DNA of 64,000 bases from Ramazzottius varieornatus (taxonomy: Eukaryota > Animalia > Tardigrada), in contig BDGG01000005.1 of NCBI GenBank assembly GCA_001949185.1, forward strand, positions 2,643,972 through 2,707,971, written 5' to 3'. The translations under genes and the position numbers were made by a program. Of this stretch, positions 50,515 through 63,112 are shown one piece after another. The stretch's first letter is position 1; the number at the start of each line of letters is the position of its first letter. Below the pieces are notes generated by a model. That model was not told where the DNA came from and did no database searches. It worked only from the letters and a program-made list of their open reading frames with translations.

Positions 50515-51683
50515 GGAAATACACAGAAAAAGTTTTAAAGTTTCCGTTCGAATTTTTTTCCGGAGAATAGACGACGGTTAAACTTTACCGTGTTGCCCTA
50601 AGATTCGTGTTACCGACAGTAATTTATGCCCCGAAGAGAAATAGCTGAATTGCTATGCAAGCTCCAATAAACATCGGAATAGCGTCCCGCATGCGCTATG
50701 CGAAGTTCAGAGCTTGCATAGCATAGTGGGTTCAAGCGGTTCAAGCCGCCTCCGTGGTCTATTCCGGTTGGCTCGTTGCTTTGCTAAACCTGTGCTAAAC
50801 ACGCATCAAGTCAAATATCAACCTCTCTAATACTACAATCCAGACGTTGAAGCGGCTGGATCGCGTAGCGTGTCTCAACCTCAGCCGATTAGAGTAAGGA
50901 ATGGGAGGGGCCAAAGTCTTACGCTACTCAGATTTCTTGCGCTGCTCGAGTTCCGTATCAACAGAGAGGTTATTGGTACGGAACTCGAGCAGCGAATAAT
51001 CAATAACCGAAGTTAAACCCTGAAAGATGCAGTTAGAGGGGCAGTTGGCACCTCGGTGGGCCGTCTTGAAAGCAAATCTGAGGCTTTGAAAAACTTTTGA
51101 GAAGAAATACTCACAGAAAAGCTTAGTTGGAACGTTACTCGGATTTCTTACGCACTCGAGTAACGGCCCATATGCTTTACTCGGGAATTAAGCACCGAGC
51201 ACATTAGTGGGTTCAGTCAGTTCGGCTCCTCCCACGTGCTCCCTTTCAATTGGTTTACTCCTACGCTAATCCGATTTCTTGCTCTGCTCGAGCGCCGTAT
51301 CAATCTCTGGAATCTCTCTAGTATTTGCGGTAAGCGCAGCATATACTCATGTCGATAATGTTCGCACGAGGCTCACTCCCAGCTTCAACCTCCGGGGAGT
51401 TCTGCAGAGACCGCAACAGCAATGGGTTAGAACTTGGAAATCAAATCACCGAATGGGGGCAGGGGACTAATTTTACTGAGTCCTGACTCCTGAGTTCCCG
51501 CAGGTACAGTCGCTAACTTGCGACTGCGCAAGTCTTTGTTCACCGCTCGCCATGACTTATGACGTCAGGTTGGTTGTGGTTTTCTTGAGCCTAACCACAC
51601 TCACCGATAGTGCAAGATGGTGCACTTCGAAAAGTGACTGTTGGCCTGTTGCCTTCTCGTGTCTAGCTTTAACCTCAGCCACC

Positions 51684-54600
51684 ATGCCTCGCCGGAAACA
51701 AGAGGCATTTACGGATGCTCCGGCTGCGGAGAACAGCGTCACTGGAGGTCGGCCGAAGCGCGCCTGCACGCAGCGCCATGTTCCACAGTTTCGAGCTCAA
51801 CCGGATGTCTCCCAACCGACAAGGCTGAGCTTCAGCGATCTCCTCGTTAACCGAGCTTGGCCTGCCGGATACTTCGGTTTTGGAACAACCTTCTCCGCAG
51901 CTGACTGTCGGAATCCCCGCGTTACTTTGGACGGATGGAAGGAACGCACGTTCAAAGATCTGATCCGTCACTGTGCCCGCAGAAATCTTATTCTGCAGGT
52001 GTAAAATCGTATAAGATGTATGTGTTTGCTGCAGTAATGACAGTAATGAACGGATTCTTTCCAGGAAAAGACCCCGTTGGCCTATGGTTCAGCGTTTTTA
52101 TCGTGCGGATCCCACAGGTCGAAAAGAAGAATACACAGACTGGGGTAAGTTTAGCTTTTCGAACATGTTGCAGTCATTTCGGCGTGACGTAATTGTTTCT
52201 GGTGATACTGAATGCGCTGGAGATGCGTTAATTTGTAGTTGTCGTGACGTCGTGCGTTGAGTGGTGTAACTCGACTTAAACTTTTCACATTGAAGGTCCT
52301 CAGGGATGATTGGCACAGACAACTGTCGCACGATGCATCGTTTTTCGTAAGTCCTGAACCAGCCTACCGTTTACTTGCTCACAAGATAAATAGAAGTGCT
52401 TTGCAGGATCGTCGATGGGATTTTGAACCTGAGAAAGCTGTACTCCAGAGATACCACAGCACCGGAAACAGTGAAGTTGAGGCACTTCTCGAACAGTCTT
52501 TTCTTCGTGAACCGAAACAATGACGACAAGGCCTCGTTCGACGTAAGCGAACAACAAGGACGATTCGGCGATGAAACTCGACGAGATCGTTTTGCGAAGT
52601 AGCGCATGCTCTCAGTGAAACGGGCTTATAGCGTCAGCCACTTGAGGAAAACCATCTGGTCGAGCTTGTCTGCCGAGCTCCCAATTATGGGTAACCTAAA
52701 CGACAAAAGTGGAAAAGTTCTGTGATAGGACGAGTTTGCTGAAGCCGACTGGAAATCTCCGCTCAACTGCTCCGATCTGCTACTCACAACAGAGGCTACT
52801 GCAATGAAAGAGTCTGTGATCAGGATTGCCTCACTGGAGACGGGCAAAGCTCTTCGCATCATCTGGCTTTCGAGCACCACGTCCTTCAAGTAGGTGAGTG
52901 TGTGGACATTTATTTTTGCCTGTACTGGAGTGAGTCATTGATTTAGGAAATTGTCTTCTCCTCGCGTATCTAGAGCCTTCGACGGCCTGTACGGATCTAC
53001 CGGGTTCGCCTGTGGATCTTCTCGGGACTGTGTCAATTGCGAAAGCAGTGGTTGTGTGATCCTCTTCTGGGACCTTCATCCGTTCCGCTACAAGGGCGGA
53101 GTGTCCATCAGCGCGGCCGTTTTCGGGAAGGATGTCACAGCGGCGGATGTGAATGACGATATCCTAATGATCCGACACGGCAGCCAGAAAATTCGTCTGT
53201 ACAGCTTCATGTCTTTCACAAAACAGGTGAGTTCCAATTTCGAAAACAGAACCACGACTTCAGTCTGCAGATTCACCCGTGACATCTACCAGATGGAACT
53301 CGCGGAAGGGATTAAATTTCCGCGAGTCAGTTGGGAGCTTCGTAAACAAAATCGACAAGATTGTTCTCCTGAGTCGCGCACGCTGTCACTGGTATTGGCT
53401 GGAATGGTGCGCCACCTGGGAGATTGCCGAGCTCCCAGTTACATCTTCCCTCTTTTCTGCGAGAAATCTGTCGAAGGCCGAAACTTTACTGGGCACAGAT
53501 CTGACAGGCATTTTCGTGGCAAAGTGGGCTGTGTCGACAGGGCGCCTGAAATTATGAACTGGCGTAGTCCGGTGAAATGTTTGCTTCTTTATCCGGCTCG
53601 AACGATTACTCTTCCAGAAATTGCCTAAGCCGGTCGAACTCGGAGAACCTTGGGACCTGACAGTCTATCCACACAGCACTTGGTTTAAGCTGTTTGAGAG
53701 GCCGCCTTCGGCAAGTGCCACATACGGGACTCGGGGAAGCGGAATGCCGATCACATTCTTCTTCAAGGGTAACAAACACTTCGATTTCTGAATTTAATTA
53801 TTCCCGAGCTATAATCCCACATATTCTTTTGGCAGAACGTCCACCTCTCCTATACGAAGTCCAGACAGACCACGATTACTTCACAACGGCCATGAAACAG
53901 CACTTGGTCCTGGTCGCTGACAAGAAGGCCCAAGAACTCGTGCTGCTCAACGTTTCCACTGGAGAAAAGAAAACTGGAAGAGTAAGCAAATAGCGCCGTT
54001 GAATACTTTTCCAGAACAGTTACTCTGAAAGGACGGATTTCTGTAGGTCCGTGGTTCAGTCTTGAAAACTGGAAATGATGCTGGAGGCAACACGTTTGAA
54101 GCTCGGAACGCAGTCGTGGCTTTGTCCAACCCGGAAAGAATCGTCATCTGGAATGGGCAGCACCTCTGGTACGCCGAACAATATTTATTCGGTTTTGTTT
54201 TTAGTGAACTCACACTGCTAACATTCATTTTGTAGTTTTTATGGAGTTCAAAACGCGGACTGTGTAGCCAAGTTCGAGCTGAAGCAGGATTTTGTCGGAA
54301 TTTCGCCAGATATCGAGATATCCAGATACACAGAACAGTTTGTTGTGAGTGTTCAAATTTGCTTTGTACGATGGTGAACTAAAATGTTGATCGTCTGGTT
54401 TCGCTCTGCAGACGTGTGGATTTCTATCCTACAGTGCTAGCCTGAACGCCGTACTGGTCATCTTTGGCCTGAACGAGACCCGGTTGTTGTATATTATCGA
54501 CGCTGTCGATGGCGTAGTATTGAGTGTTACTAATTTGCCAAAGTTTATCTATTCCACGGTAAGTTCACTCCGGTCACGTTTTGATACGCCTACGAGTTGT

Positions 54601-54770
54601 CGACTGTTAAGAACTGAATTCGGTTTTTGTAGTCTTTGGAAGATGTTGAAGTGGACGAGTGCGGACTAACTTATTATCGCGAGTTCGCTGATAGTCAGCC
54701 TAATTGTATGGAGTTCTATGCTCTCCAAGATCTTCCTTCCCTGTTGCCGGAACTTGTTCTGGGACACTGA
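51684..54770 (+). CDS. DCAF17: DCAF17-like (DDB1- and CUL4-associated factor 17), multi-exon
   Basis: IRIASLETGKALRIIWLS, FWDLHPFRYKGGVSISAAVFGKDVTAADVNDDILMIRHGSQKIRLYSF and ERPPLLYEV parallel remembered DCAF17 segments (LRISATTGKILEKIYL, FGNVTDA...VRLYSF, PPLLFEV). Exon boundaries are approximate. Confidence 0.7.
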
Positions 54771-57700
54771 TCGTCCAGAGAGTTGTTTGTTGATGGGTAT
54801 TTTGTTGACAGATTAATTTTTTTTATTCGTTGTGCTGGAGAACTATTGATATCACATTTTTCCCTAAAGCTACGTGAGTTTGAAACTTTTTTTCGATCTT
54901 GTTCGCAGAGCAAATAATTTTCTGTACGAGTTTTTCCAGATTATCTGTTATGTTACTTATCTTTAGTAAACTTATTGTTCATTTGTGTACCAGAGCCCAG
55001 AGGAGTGTTAAGAGCGATATTTGTAGTTGTGCCAATCAAAAAGCTAGTCGCGAACGTTGAGAGGGAGGTGCTTGCTGTGAACAGAATCTACCAGGCGGGT
55101 CAATCTACCAGGCGGGGCAACGGCGGGTTCGTTGTGACGGAGAACTTCAAGTTGACCAACAAGAAGGTTCATGCAGAATCAGTGTCAAGAGGTTCTTCGC
55201 TGAACAGCCCGCGTAGCGGTTTTTCGTCTCCCTCCTCACAGCCAGCTTTGCATAACTCGGGCTCTACAATCTCTCCATCCTGGTCCAAAAGTATTTTACG
55301 CTTCAAATACTGTATATCCTGAAAAAGTCTACGTTTTCTCTGTGAAGTTCGTCCAACGGACTATGGGTCCTTCGTGATCAGATTTGCACTTTCTGCGTTC
55401 ATACGGGTAGATGGTCTTTAAAATGAGACAGTCCCCCATGTTCAGCCGATGTCTGTGATACATCACTTGTGGAAACCCAGCGCAGTCCACATGCGACCGA
55501 ATCCTACGAACAAATTACTTCGAGTTTCAGCACGATCAGTGTCGCATGTTTTCGAACTTACCGATCCGTTCGTACATAACGAAGAGCAATTTTATGAGCC
55601 TTGGCCAAACATTTACAGAGTTTGGGGTACTTCGATTTTATCGAAATAAACCATGGCTTTGTACAGCTTTTGGTAACGGGTTTTCTCGTCCAGATCTTCT
55701 TTCTCATAGCTCAGCAAGAACTTCCGGAAGTGAGCCCCACAACGATACATGTCGCGGTTTGTATTTGGTCCCCCAAACTCGGAATCCTCCCAAAAGACCG
55801 TGAAGTGGCTCCTGCACAGGGTAAAAGTGGAGACCGTCTTGGAGTAGACAGCCAAATAATCTCCCGAAATTGTTCCGACGACGATTGTGAACTTGTTGAT
55901 CTCGTCTCGAAGCGTGTCTGCACAGTTGAAAGCTGCGATGCGCATTGCATTCGTATGCGTACCTGTCACCATTCGCGCCTGCATCCTCGAAGAGAAATGG
56001 GACGTTCATAATGAGACCAGTGACATTCGTCCGAACAGTGGGGGTATGCGGTTCAGAGTATGGTCGTAGATTTAGAAATGCAGATTGGGGTTGACGCCCG
56101 TAAACAATGTTCCGCATGAGACGACGATCATTGTCGACAACGCCGCAATGAGATCATTCATCACTACGGTGTTTATCCGAGCCACTCATCGGAATTTACT
56201 CTGGTTTGTCACGTTAAAATGGGGGAAAATTTCTCTGCGTAGTATTGGATGAACCGTCTGCGATTCATTGCCTTGTCTGGTCGCCAGCATGCCTTCTAGA
56301 TACCGCAGAAAAAGTCTTTATCCTTTGAGGAACTGCAAGGATATCATCGGGGCCAGTACACCAGATATTTTGGTCCACGGGAAAGAAAAGCTGATTCGTA
56401 GGCTGGAAAATGGGAATTCGAGAAATTAAAGGGTGGATAATTTGGATTTGAAAAGATATTGCAGTCACGTTGATCAGACAACCAAGCGGCGCGCAAATAA
56501 ATTGTTCCATCAGGACGTATACGCAGAACGCATGGAATCTGTTTATGCTGATCGGTACTATCAATATAATACAGTGCGTTGCAGAGCCGGGATACCTGAA
56601 ACCGGCGTCCATATAACCTGTAGGATATATGGACCCTGCCGAAACTAAATCATAACAATGAGCAAAAGACCTATGGCACATTTGGTAGAGCTAGCTAATG
56701 AGTTCCAGGATTACCCTGTTTATTCCCAAAAGATCAAAATGCAGATGCTCTGTTGAAAAACATAAAATTCAATGACTGTCTTATTCCGGGCAAGAGATTG
56801 ATCCATGTTCCTCCACCCTAATTCTGCACCCGAAATGATGTATTGATAAGGATGAAGGAGTAGTTGTGAACTTTGATGCTGTTGCGAATTCCCTGGTCGA
56901 GATTTGTTAAATTCGCCTTTGGCAAAGTGGCGGGTTCTCCGCTCTGAAGTAGGCGAGATTTCTCGATCGATTCCGCTACCTAAGCTGGGTAAGTGGCGTC
57001 ATCTCAGCTCACTCGACAAAGACAGGCTCAGCAAAAGCCAGACACTACGGGCAGATTGTACCGAGGTACAGCCGGAAATCGCTCTTGGTGGAAGTGCTTT
57101 GCGAGATGGCTGTAAGCACAACAAGGTAAGGTAAGGCCTCTTTGCTTGGCTAGCGAGCACATGCTTCCAGCCACTTATTACGCTCGGTGCCGGTATGAAC
57201 TGGTTCCTCGAGCTACCTCATACCTGTACCTATCTCCGTACAGATCTGCCAGCTGCGAATATTCGATAGTCGATGCAACGTTAGCAGCCCTTTTGTCAAG
57301 ACATTGGACTTGGCTGCTACAGCAAGAGTCAGCGATTGCAGAGCCTGTATTTAGACGCACTGAACTGATTGATCCGATCTCTTCTTGTCGTGTACCCCGT
57401 CTTGTCTTACATTCGAGCATTTCGCCAACGTCAAAGCGTACTTCTCTGTCGAGGTACCTTGTACTTTGTGTGCTAGCCTTCAATACGTGGTGGCAGCATC
57501 AACAAATCCATTACTTTGTGGTCCAAGGTTACGGCACGACAGTTTGAGCGATTTAGCTTGACGGTGTTGAGCACCGCACTGAAGTACCCCCAGACTATGC
57601 GCGCAAGTTGTTGTGACCGTCAACCTCTTGCGAAAAAGCATCAACGCGGAAACAACACGTCCTGATATCCATCTGCATAGCCAACGTCGACGCTTTCGAA

Positions 57701-58818
57701 AGGTCTGCCGATAATTTTGTCAGTGTGGTCCGAATCTTCGGGAAGAATATTCGTAGAAGCGGAGCGGAAGAGTTGCGCCTTCCATAGTCCATCTATCCTG
57801 CCTCCAAAATGCTTAGATATCACTCGTTATGGTTATCGTGGGAACTCGTGGCACTAGTCCTCCTTTCACTGGCGTGTTTCGCTTTAGGTGAGTACTACCG
57901 AAAAATTCTTACTTCCTTGTTCGGCTAATTTCATCCACCTAGAGCAATTTAAGAGCTCTAAGCAAGGTGATATCTTTTTCTCAACGATTCTCATTAAATG
58001 ACATGTCCGCCGATCGACGTTGACTTGTGTGTTAGTAGAATAGCGCATGGACCGTGTTTTTCTGCGAAATTTTTCGGAAAAGGGGAATTCTGAGAAGGTT
58101 TTGATACATTGTACATTGGAACACGTCGAGCTGAAGGCATGTATTGTAAAGTTCAATGCTAGTCCATACCGGTATATGCAAGCAGACAGGGGCCATGGCA
58201 CTTGGAATGTTCGAAACCAGTATGGATGCTCAGATCTGGTAAACGGAAAACAGGTTTTCCCCCTGGTCACCTTTGAACTCGTCAGTTGAAAATACTCGAT
58301 CACGCGACACTTTTTTGCCGATTGTTTTGATGGAAAATTCTCAGTGAAATTTCGAGATCGTGGTCAATGACACTTTCCATGGTCATCGATTCGCCAGAAG
58401 CCATCCATCATTTGTACATGTAAACTCCCTTTACGTGCTCAAATAATTCAATGCAGGTACAGCTTACCCACCTGCCCTGTCAGGTTGCAATGAGATATCA
58501 GGTCCCTTCCCGTGTCATCACAAAGACATTTCTACAGGGTAGCCAAAACAAGTTCCTGAAAGAAAAATTCATAAGATTATGATTCATTTATTGCTTCATC
58601 AGAAAAAAGGACTGATAACCTTGTGTTAGCATAAACTGGTTTTTCACAATGTTTTGTTTGTTGGACACTTGAGAATGTGCTTAGACAGCAGTGTCGAGAC
58701 CCTAGCTAGCGGAGGTTCTGGTGGAAGCTCTAGTGAAGGTTCTAGTAAAGGCTTTAATGAAGTTCCCGATGAATCACTTCCTTGGTGAATCATCGCGGGA
58801 TCCTCTTATCTTCTGCAG

Positions 58819-59126
58819 GTCAATATGGTAACCAGTATGGGGGAATGGGCGGAATGGGAGGTGGAATGGGTGGCGGCATGTACGGCCAACCAGGAGGAAT
58901 GGGTATGGGGAACCAAGGAGTTTATGGATACGCAGGATCGGGGTCAATGTACGGCCAACCTGGAGGAATGGGAGGAGGAGGAATGTATGGCAACCAGGCT
59001 GGCATGTACGGACAAGGAGGATATGGTCGAACCTACGGGGGATATGGCTACTACGGCGCGGCGGGAGTATCCAGCCTCAGCTGGTTAGCCGGCACTGCAG
59101 CTGCCCTACTTCTGGTTCTTTTGTAA
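58819..59126 (+). CDS. Gly/Tyr/Met-rich small protein with GPI-type C-terminus (last exon; first exon not located)
   Basis: Acceptor TTCTGCAG, then GQYGNQYGGMGG...YYGAAGVSSLSWLAGTAAALLLVLL*. Confidence 0.75.
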
Positions 59127-59684
59127 AGCTTACATGGCTTCCGTTATCGATTTGTTGGATGTATTAGCTCTGTTTGGAAAGAAGGAAGAGACCTACCGGA
59201 TATGTGCACAGCCCCGTGACTGCTTGCTTTAGCTTGACTTTGTTAGGATTATTCGCGCCTATACGTATACATATCTGTCCGCCTGAAGATACTTGTATTT
59301 TTATTGTCACCTTGTCTAGTTACGTTTTCCTTCCTTTCGAGACTTGGAATTTCGCCTTGTGTAGTCTCTGACATTGGTTCTACTTTCTGTCTGTTATCAA
59401 GAACTGGCTTTTGAGTCATATTAGTGCTATCTTTAATAATTCTGTTCATCATCATCAGAATCCAGCTCAGAATATTCCAGCGTTCCACATAACCGTGAAA
59501 CTTGGGCGTGGTCCAGAGTACTATACCAACTTCATAACCGGGAATTTTCTTATCAACATACTTTTTCTCGTAAATGTGACATCGTGAGAGCCAAATGCAC
59601 ATGCGCCCATAAAACTTTACTTCGTCCATCGAGCAAGAACAAACCAAAGTGAAAGTACCTCCGTTTGTCTATGCCGCTACCGGA

Positions 59685-60360
59685 TCAGAATCGAATTAAG
59701 TAATGTAGCGTCAAGCTGCAAAATACAAGCGTTATTGAAAGACAATTTGTGGAGAGAGACGGAGCTCCAGCGAGGAGCCAGTAGACGTCCGGATCAATGT
59801 AGGGATACTGGTTGGACTGTCCGCCACCAGGTCTCCTCAGTCCACCGGCTGCTAGACCACCGCCCAGACCTCCATATCCTAAACCACCGATACCGCCAAG
59901 GCCGCCACCGATCCCGTAGCCACCCAAAGCCACAGGCTGCGCCCCATAAATACTGCTGATAGGTCCGTAACCGCTATATCCTCCGTATCCTCCGTACCCA
60001 CTACAAAAGGTTGAAGAATCATGTAGTACAATGGTGCAGTTCATCCAGTCTGCCATGCAAATTCAGAATTGGGAACCGTCAGCAGCTTACAGTCCGCCGC
60101 CGTAGTATCCGCTCATCATGTTGATACCGATTCCATATTGGCCTAAAGCCGATAACAAAAATCAGTTTTACAACTCGGCCTTGCGGACGTACACAGTGGT
60201 CAATAACATAGACTTACCGGTAACGGCTGACAGAGTCACCAGCAGATAGAAAATGGTTTGCCATGGTACTGCTGGAAACCAGGAAGAGAGATCGAAACTC
60301 TGGGAGTAGCGGACTTTGTACTGTTGCCCAGATCTGGCAAGACCCAGAACCCACATTTGA
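59685..60360 (-). CDS. Gly/Tyr-rich small protein with GPI-type C-terminus, at least 3 exons; start codon uncertain
   Basis: WQTIFYLLVTLSAVTG / QYGIGINMMSGYYGGGL / GYGGYGG...WLLAGAPSLSTNCLSITLVFCSLTLHYLIRF*. Confidence 0.72.
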
Positions 60361-61512
60361 TCAGTCACATATTTGGGACAACGCCAACAGTTTCGCCACA
60401 ATCTGCGAAGTTGTGGACTGGCCTCTCGCCAATCCAACGACCGGCGACGAGAGAACGAGTCGACCACAGATCCTGCTGGGACCTCCAGAAGATAGTGATC
60501 GATTTTAGACGTTTGTGACAAGGAAGTTTACAGTGCTGTAACCCGCGCACGATAACATTGTGTTATGACCATGCAGGTGCGATGATGGAGCTTGTCGAAG
60601 GTACGAGTGTGTGTTGATGTGGTACAACATTGATCGGGTGTTACTCAGATACACCGTTGGGTGTGTACAACGTAACGAGGGCCGTGGTGAAAGTATGCGC
60701 CATTTTCTTTCTCAACGGTCGGGCGCGCGGGTCAAGGCGATCGAATTTTGTGCTTCGATAACTGAGCCAACGACGTTGAAGGACCATTATCTGAGTACCG
60801 AGCGAGAAAACCGGGATAACGTACAAACATTGTGAAAGTAAAGTACAGTAGATGCAATTCTTATCAGGGAAAACGGGTTACCTTTATCGAAAACTACCAA
60901 AGAAAACGGCTTCAAATTGTTGTCCACAGAATAACCTCGCCAATGTTTGTTGGCAGTATTGTTTGACTTAGATGTTTTGTATGAGTTTTACACCGTCGTC
61001 AAAGTGGGTGTGGGTGAGAACGTGCATTACGTGGCCGGGGCGGAAGCGGTAAATTTCATAGTCAACACAAAAAGGTAGAATGATTCTATCGATTGCCGGC
61101 CAGTTTAGGGTGGAATGGTCACACACACGACTGACTTTGATATTTTTATCGGCTACACCGGTTACTGGTCACTTCCGTCCATTTTCCGGTTTACTGTTTA
61201 AACCCTTCTGCGCTCTACCTCTCTCTTCCGTTTAAAATCGAGTCAGAGCATTGACCTGTGGAAGATGCTACTGGTATACGCTCAATATCGATCGAGGATT
61301 ATACTTCCTGCTTTCAAACCAATCCACCATTCAATGGATGAGAAACAGCAATTAAAACCTCTGAACTGGATGAGCGGATTTTATGTTCTACGGTTTTCCA
61401 AAAAATAACAAAATGGTAACTGCAGGAGTACACTTTAATTTCCTGCGAAAGGTACGAAGGTTAGTCGGGGTAGGAAAAAAACAGTTCAAGGAAACTATGC
61501 ACAAATACTTTA

Positions 61513-62014
61513 TCAGAAAATAAGGGTAAAGAGCGAAGTAATGTACAAAGTAAAGGTTGCGATCAGGCAGAAATGTGTGGAATGTCGGGAAGGTGCGCTA
61601 TTGTATGCGCCCATGGCAAAGTTATATCCACCTCCACCAGGTACCACCTGTGCGCCAGCTCCGCCGAAGTACGCAGAGTCAGGCTGCAGCTGGCCCACGT
61701 TGCCAAGACCTCCGTAGAACCCGGTGTAGGAAGGATTCAGCCAGGCCAGAGACCAGGGCAGAGCGGCGAACTCGCCCATGTAGGAGGATCGTTGGCTGGA
61801 CTGTACCAGCTGGGCTGCAACAGAAACAGATGTCAAACTACGTAAAATTAGATGGTACTACCAGAATGAAACGTAGTAAAACTGTCCGTGGTTTTTCTGG
61901 AGGGAAAAAGGATGGGTTACTGAAGAGTCCAATCAATTCACCTGTAGCATTCTCAACCAGATATGCGAATATTGTGCACAAAGGGATGAGGCTAAATTTT
62001 CTGCCGGACCACAT
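61513..62014 (-). CDS. Small secreted Gly/Tyr-rich protein with GPI-type C-terminus, 2 exons
   Basis: MWSGRKFSLIPLCTIFAYLVENATA / QLVQ...NPSYTGFYGGLGNVG...YNSAPSRHSTHFCLIATFTLYITSLFTLIF*. Confidence 0.75.
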
Positions 62015-62663
62015 TTTTGAACAAGGAAGTACCAGGACGATGCAGGCGTGGCTATCGTTTACATAATCTGCATAAGATCAGCCTCACTTTTTGCCTGTAC
62101 TCAGGCAGTAAGATACTGGACGAATAAGTTTCAATCGTGCCGAAAGAAACAGCTGATTCGGAACGAAGACGAACATCAACAACAGAATAAGTTCCTCAGC
62201 ACGACATTGCTTGTTCAGACGAGAAACTTCGACGAAAGTCGCGCACGCGGCGTACTCTGTCACAGCTCATAACACCGATCACTTTTGCAAACTTTGCAGT
62301 TAGTTCAAATCAGACGTTCAGTTCGACCAGGTGTTGTACTCCGCCGTAAGACAAGAGCAGCTGCTTTTTCGAAAACAAGGTTAAAGCTCGACATCGTTGA
62401 CATTAATCGGATGGGCAAAGTAAAAAACAATCGGCTCATCTCCAACGCTTGAGAATCAGAAACTGGCATTTTAACGTGGGAAAGTAATTAATGGTTCAAC
62501 CGCTAACGAGCGTGTGAGTTCGGGGATTCGGGCATTTTCCACAAATAGCTTTCCATGTTTTGTGAATCTACTGAAACCAATAAGTACAAACGAGCAAGTA
62601 TGAATTTCAACAATGCAAAGTGGTTCGCAATCGGGGAAACAAAAACAAAGAATAGCATTTTGC

Positions 62664-63112
62664 TTATAGTTGAATTACAGCAATCAAAGCAACAACTGAG
62701 GCTATTAAGAACGAGGAAGGAGAGACCAGGCTTCCAGCACCAAATCCAAAACCGCCACCGCCAAATCCACCACCACCCATTCCGCCACCCATTCCTGGCA
62801 CAGCCATGCCGGTAGAAATCTGATAGCCGAGTGGATTCATGTGGCCCATGTTCCCGAACCCTCCATAAAAGCCGGTGTAGTAGGGGTTCATGTACATGCC
62901 CATTCCGTACATCATGGGATTTATCGCTTGACCTGCATAAATTAACAAAAGATGAGCGATTTGGCAAAGAACTTGATGAGCGGAATCACTCTGCGCAGTG
63001 TTTGTTTACGATTGCTAATTTGAGGTATTACACCACACTAACCTGCTGACATGGCGAGATAGGATAGCAGGTAGACAAACGCTGCGGTAAAACACATCTT
63101 CAGCCTGTCCAT
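62664..63112 (-). CDS. Small secreted Gly/Met/Tyr-rich protein with GPI-type C-terminus, 2 exons
   Basis: MDRLKMCFTAAFVYLLSYLAMSAG / QAINPMMYG...NPYYTGFYGGFGNMG...FGAGSLVSPSSFLIASVVALIAVIQL*. Confidence 0.8.

Larger units (their letters stand above)
47809..50828 (-). mobile_element. PIF/Harbinger-superfamily DNA transposon with Myb/SANT-like ORF, internally deleted transposase and an extra ORF
   Basis: TIRs AGAGAGGTTGATRTYTGACTTGAT...CACAGGTTTAGCA; AAT is duplicated at 47806-47808 and 50829-50831. Confidence 0.88.
47663..50837. mobile_element. Small TGT...ACA MITE split by the Harbinger-group insertion
   Basis: Left TIR TGTAGTGCTACCAAATTATCGCGCACT. The right TIR AGTGCGCGATAATTTGGTAAT is interrupted at 47808 and resumes as ACTACA at 50832-50837. 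Confidence 0.7.
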
